Origin: Chiloscyllium plagiosum
Lineage: Eukaryota
Length of the DNA stretch: 39,721 nucleotides
Reading direction: 5' to 3'
Assembly (NCBI RefSeq): GCF_004010195.1
Contig: NC_057754.1
Location: 11,305,216-11,344,936, forward strand
Shown here: positions 36,460 to 39,721 of the stretch, one piece after another
Numbering within the stretch: the first letter of the stretch is position 1
Layout: each line of letters begins with the position of its first letter
Notes under the pieces: model-generated
The model's database searches: none
Told to the model about the DNA's origin: nothing
The model's input: the letters and a program-made list of their open reading frames with translations, nothing else
Program-made: the position numbers and the translations under genes

Positions 36460-39153
36460 TAGAACATAGAACAATACAGCACAGAACAGGCCCATCGGTC
36501 CTTGATGTTGTGCCGACATGTGAACTAATCTAAGCCCATCCCTCTACACTATCCCATCAATATCCGTATGCTTATCCAAGGACTGTTTAAATGCCCTAAT
36601 GTGGCTGAGTTAACTACATTGACAGGCAGGGCATTACCACTCTCTGAGTAAAGAACTTGCCTCTGACATTCTGTCTTCAATCTATCACCCCTCAATTTGC
36701 AGCTATGACAACTCATACAATCTGATTCATCATCCTAGGAAAAAACTCTCATTGTCCACACTATCTAATCCTCTGATCATCTTGTATGTCTCTATTGAAT
36801 CCCTTCTTAGTCTTCTTCTCTCCAATGAGAACACACCCAAGACCTTTCCTCATAAGCTCCAGACCAGGCAACGTCCTGGTACCTTTTCCAATGCTTCCAC
36901 ATCCTTCCTGTAATGGGCGACCAGAAATGTAAACAATATTCCAAGTGAGACTGTACCAGCATTTTGTACAGCTGAAGCATGACATCACAACTCTGGAACT
37001 CAATCCCTCTACCAATAAAACCTAACACACCGTATGCCTTCTTAACAGCACTGTCACCCTGGGTGGCAACTTTAAGGGATCTATGTACATGGACACCAAG
37101 ATCCCTCTGCACACCCACACGACCACGAATCTTTGCATGACCCAGTATTCTACCTTCCTGCTTTTCTTCCCAAAGTGAATCAAGTCACATTTAGCTGTAT
37201 TGAAGCCACATCTCAGCCCAATTCTGCAGTTTATCCAAGGCCCCCTGCAACCTACAACATTCAACCACACTGCCCACTACTTCAAGGACTTTAGTGTCAT
37301 CTGCAAACTTATTGACCCATCCAACATTGCCTGCATCCAAGTCATTTATAAAAATGAAGAACAGCAGTGGTCCCAAAACAGATCCTTGTGGCACACCCCT
37401 AGTAACCAGACTCCAGGCTGAATATTTTCCATCCAGCATCACTCGCTGCCTTCTTACAAAAAGCTCGTTTCTAATCCAATCAACTAAATCACCCTCAATC
37501 TCATGCCTCCACATTTTCTCCAAACGCCTACCATGTGGACCCTTATCAAAGGCTTTACTGAAGTCCATGTACACCACGCCAACTGCCCTACCCTCATTCA
37601 CATGCTCGGTCACCTTCTCAAAAAACTCAATAAGGTTTGTGAGACACGACCTACCCTTGACATAATGATGTTGGCTATCTTCATTCAAATAGTTGCTTGC
37701 TATATGATTATAAATCCTATCTCTTATCATCCTTTCCAAAACTTTTCCTACAACAGATTGTAAGGTTCACTGGTCTATAATTACCTGGGTCATCTCTACT
37801 GCCCTTCTTGAACAAGGGCACAGCATTTGCAATCCTCCAGTGCACTGGTACTAAACCTGTAGACAATGATGACTCAAAAGTAAAGGCCAAAGGCTCCACC
37901 ATCTGCTCCTGAGCTTCCCAGAGAACCCTCGAATAAATCCCATCTGGCCCAGGGAACTTATCTACTTTCACATCTTCTAGAATTGATAACACCTCCTCCT
38001 TACTAATCTTAATCCTTTCTAGTCTAATAGCCCATATCTCAGCCTTATCTCTACAATATTCTCCTTTTCCTGAGTGAAAACAGATGAGAAATATTCGTTT
38101 AGCACCACTCCAATCTCCACAGGGTCCACACACAACGTCTCACTTCTGTTTGACTGGCCCTATTCCTCACATACAAAGCTTTAGAGTTTTCATTTATTTT
38201 ACCTGCTAAAGACTACTCATGTCCCTCTTTGTTCTTCTTAACTCTCTCTTTAAATCCTTCCTCGCTAATCTGTAACTCTCCATTGCCTCATCTGAACTAT
38301 CTGGTCTCAACGTCACATAAGCTTCCCTCTTCAGCTTAAGAAGAGATACAATTTCTTTAGTAGACCATGGTTCCCTTATCTTATCATTTCCTCCCCGCCT
38401 GAAAGAGACATACCTATTAAGGACATGCAATATCTGTTCCTTAAACCAGCTCCACATTTCGATTGTCACCATCCCCTGCATTTTGCTACTTCATTCTATG
38501 CCTCCAAAGTCTTGCCTAATCGCATTATAATTGCCCTTCCCCCATCTATAACTCTTGCCGTGTGGCATGTACCTATCTCTTTCCATCGCTAAATTCAATG
38601 TAACCGATTAATGGTCACTCTCTCCAAAGTGCTCACTTAACACTAAATCAAACACCTGGCTAGTTCATTACAAAGTACCAGGTCTAGTGTGCTCTCTCCT
38701 CTTGTCGGACCTTCGACATACTGTGTCAGGAAACCCTCGAGCACACATTGGACAAAAGCTGATCCATCCGAAGTACTAGAGTTATAGCTATTCCAGTCAA
38801 TGTTGGGAAGGTTAAAGCCCCCATAATGACGACTCTGTTCCTTTCACTTCTACCCAGAATCATTTTCCCAATCCTCTCCACATCCCTGGAACTTTGCAGA
38901 GGCCTCTAAAGAACTCCTTGCACTGTGACTCTCCTCTCCGGTTTCTAACCTCAGCCCATACCACCTCAGTAGACGAGTCCTTGTCAAAAGTTCTTACAGC
39001 CACTGTTATACTGTCCTTGACTAACAAAGCCACTCCTCCCCCCCTTTTACCACCTCCTCTGATCTTAATGTGAGATCTAAATTCTGGAACATGCAATATC
39101 CACTCCTGACCCTGCTCTATCCATGTGTCTGAAATGGCCACAACACCGAAGTC
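36460..39153 (-). mobile_element. CR1 LINE, nearly complete degenerate ORF2 and 3' tail
   Basis: Endonuclease VVAISDTW (~39140); RT DFSKAFDK, GVPQGSVLGP, KFADDTK; (AGAACAT) tail at ~36460. Confidence 0.93.
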
Positions 39154-39721
39154 TTTTCACAGCAGAGAGCGGCACGAGCTGGGCGGAAGTGAAGTTGGAG
39201 GCAGAGCTGGTCGGGAAGGTAAGTGATTGATATTTGAGTGGGGAGGAAGCAGGCAGTGCAGGGATCCCCTGTGGTCGTTCCTCACAACAATAAGCATACC
39301 GCTTTGGATACTGTTGGGGGGGAGGGCCTAGCAGGGGTAAGCTGCAGTGACCACGTCTCTGGCACGAGGTCCAGCTCTGAGGCTCAGAAGGGAAAGGGGG
39401 AGAGGAGGAGAGCGCTAGTTATAGGAGACTCTATAGTTAGAGGGATGGACAGGTGGTTCTGTGGACATGGGCGAGACTCTCGGATGGTTTGTCGCCTCCC
39501 GGGTGCCAGGGTCCGAGACGTCTCAGACCGTGTCTTCAGGATCCTTAAGGGGCAGGGTGTGCAGCCAGAAGTCGTGGTGCACGTTGGCACCAATGACATA
39601 GGTAGGAAGAGGGGTGGGGAGGTCACTCAGGAGCTCAGGGAGTTAGGCTGGAAGCTAAAAGCTAGGACAGACAGAGTCGTCATCTCTGGGTTGTTGCCGG
39701 TGCCACGTGACAGTGAGGCAA
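39154..39721 (+). mobile_element. CR1 LINE 5' portion with ORF1 SGNH esterase, runs off the window
   Basis: Plus frame ALVIGDSIVRG...LPGARVRDV...VHVGTNDIG...VVISGLLPVPR. Confidence 0.92.

Overview
Repeat-dense eukaryotic DNA, most likely from a cartilaginous fish (inferred from HE1-type tRNA-derived SINEs and esterase-ORF1 CR1 LINEs), with two N gaps and no intact host protein-coding gene. Most of the window is nested, degenerate transposons: many CR1 LINEs, Penelope-like elements carrying minimal hammerhead-ribozyme cores, Tx1-type LINE fragments, two solo LTRs with intact 5-bp TSDs, and a Gypsy pol with integrase upstream of RT (Gmr1-like). The main non-TE signal, hidden from the ORF track by two stops and a frameshift, is a minus-strand pseudo-exon at 18963-18322 that reconstructs to a SNAD-type (secreted novel AID/APOBEC-like) zinc deaminase domain. 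Other host-like structures are a CpG/ZNF143-type promoter with two plus-strand exons (5.7-7.6 kb), an old ~2.1-kb inverted duplication (24.5-26.7 kb) and three diverged tandem copies of an unidentified exon-bearing unit (29.9-32.7 kb). All family calls come from motif recognition by eye, not database searches, and boundaries of old repeats are approximate.
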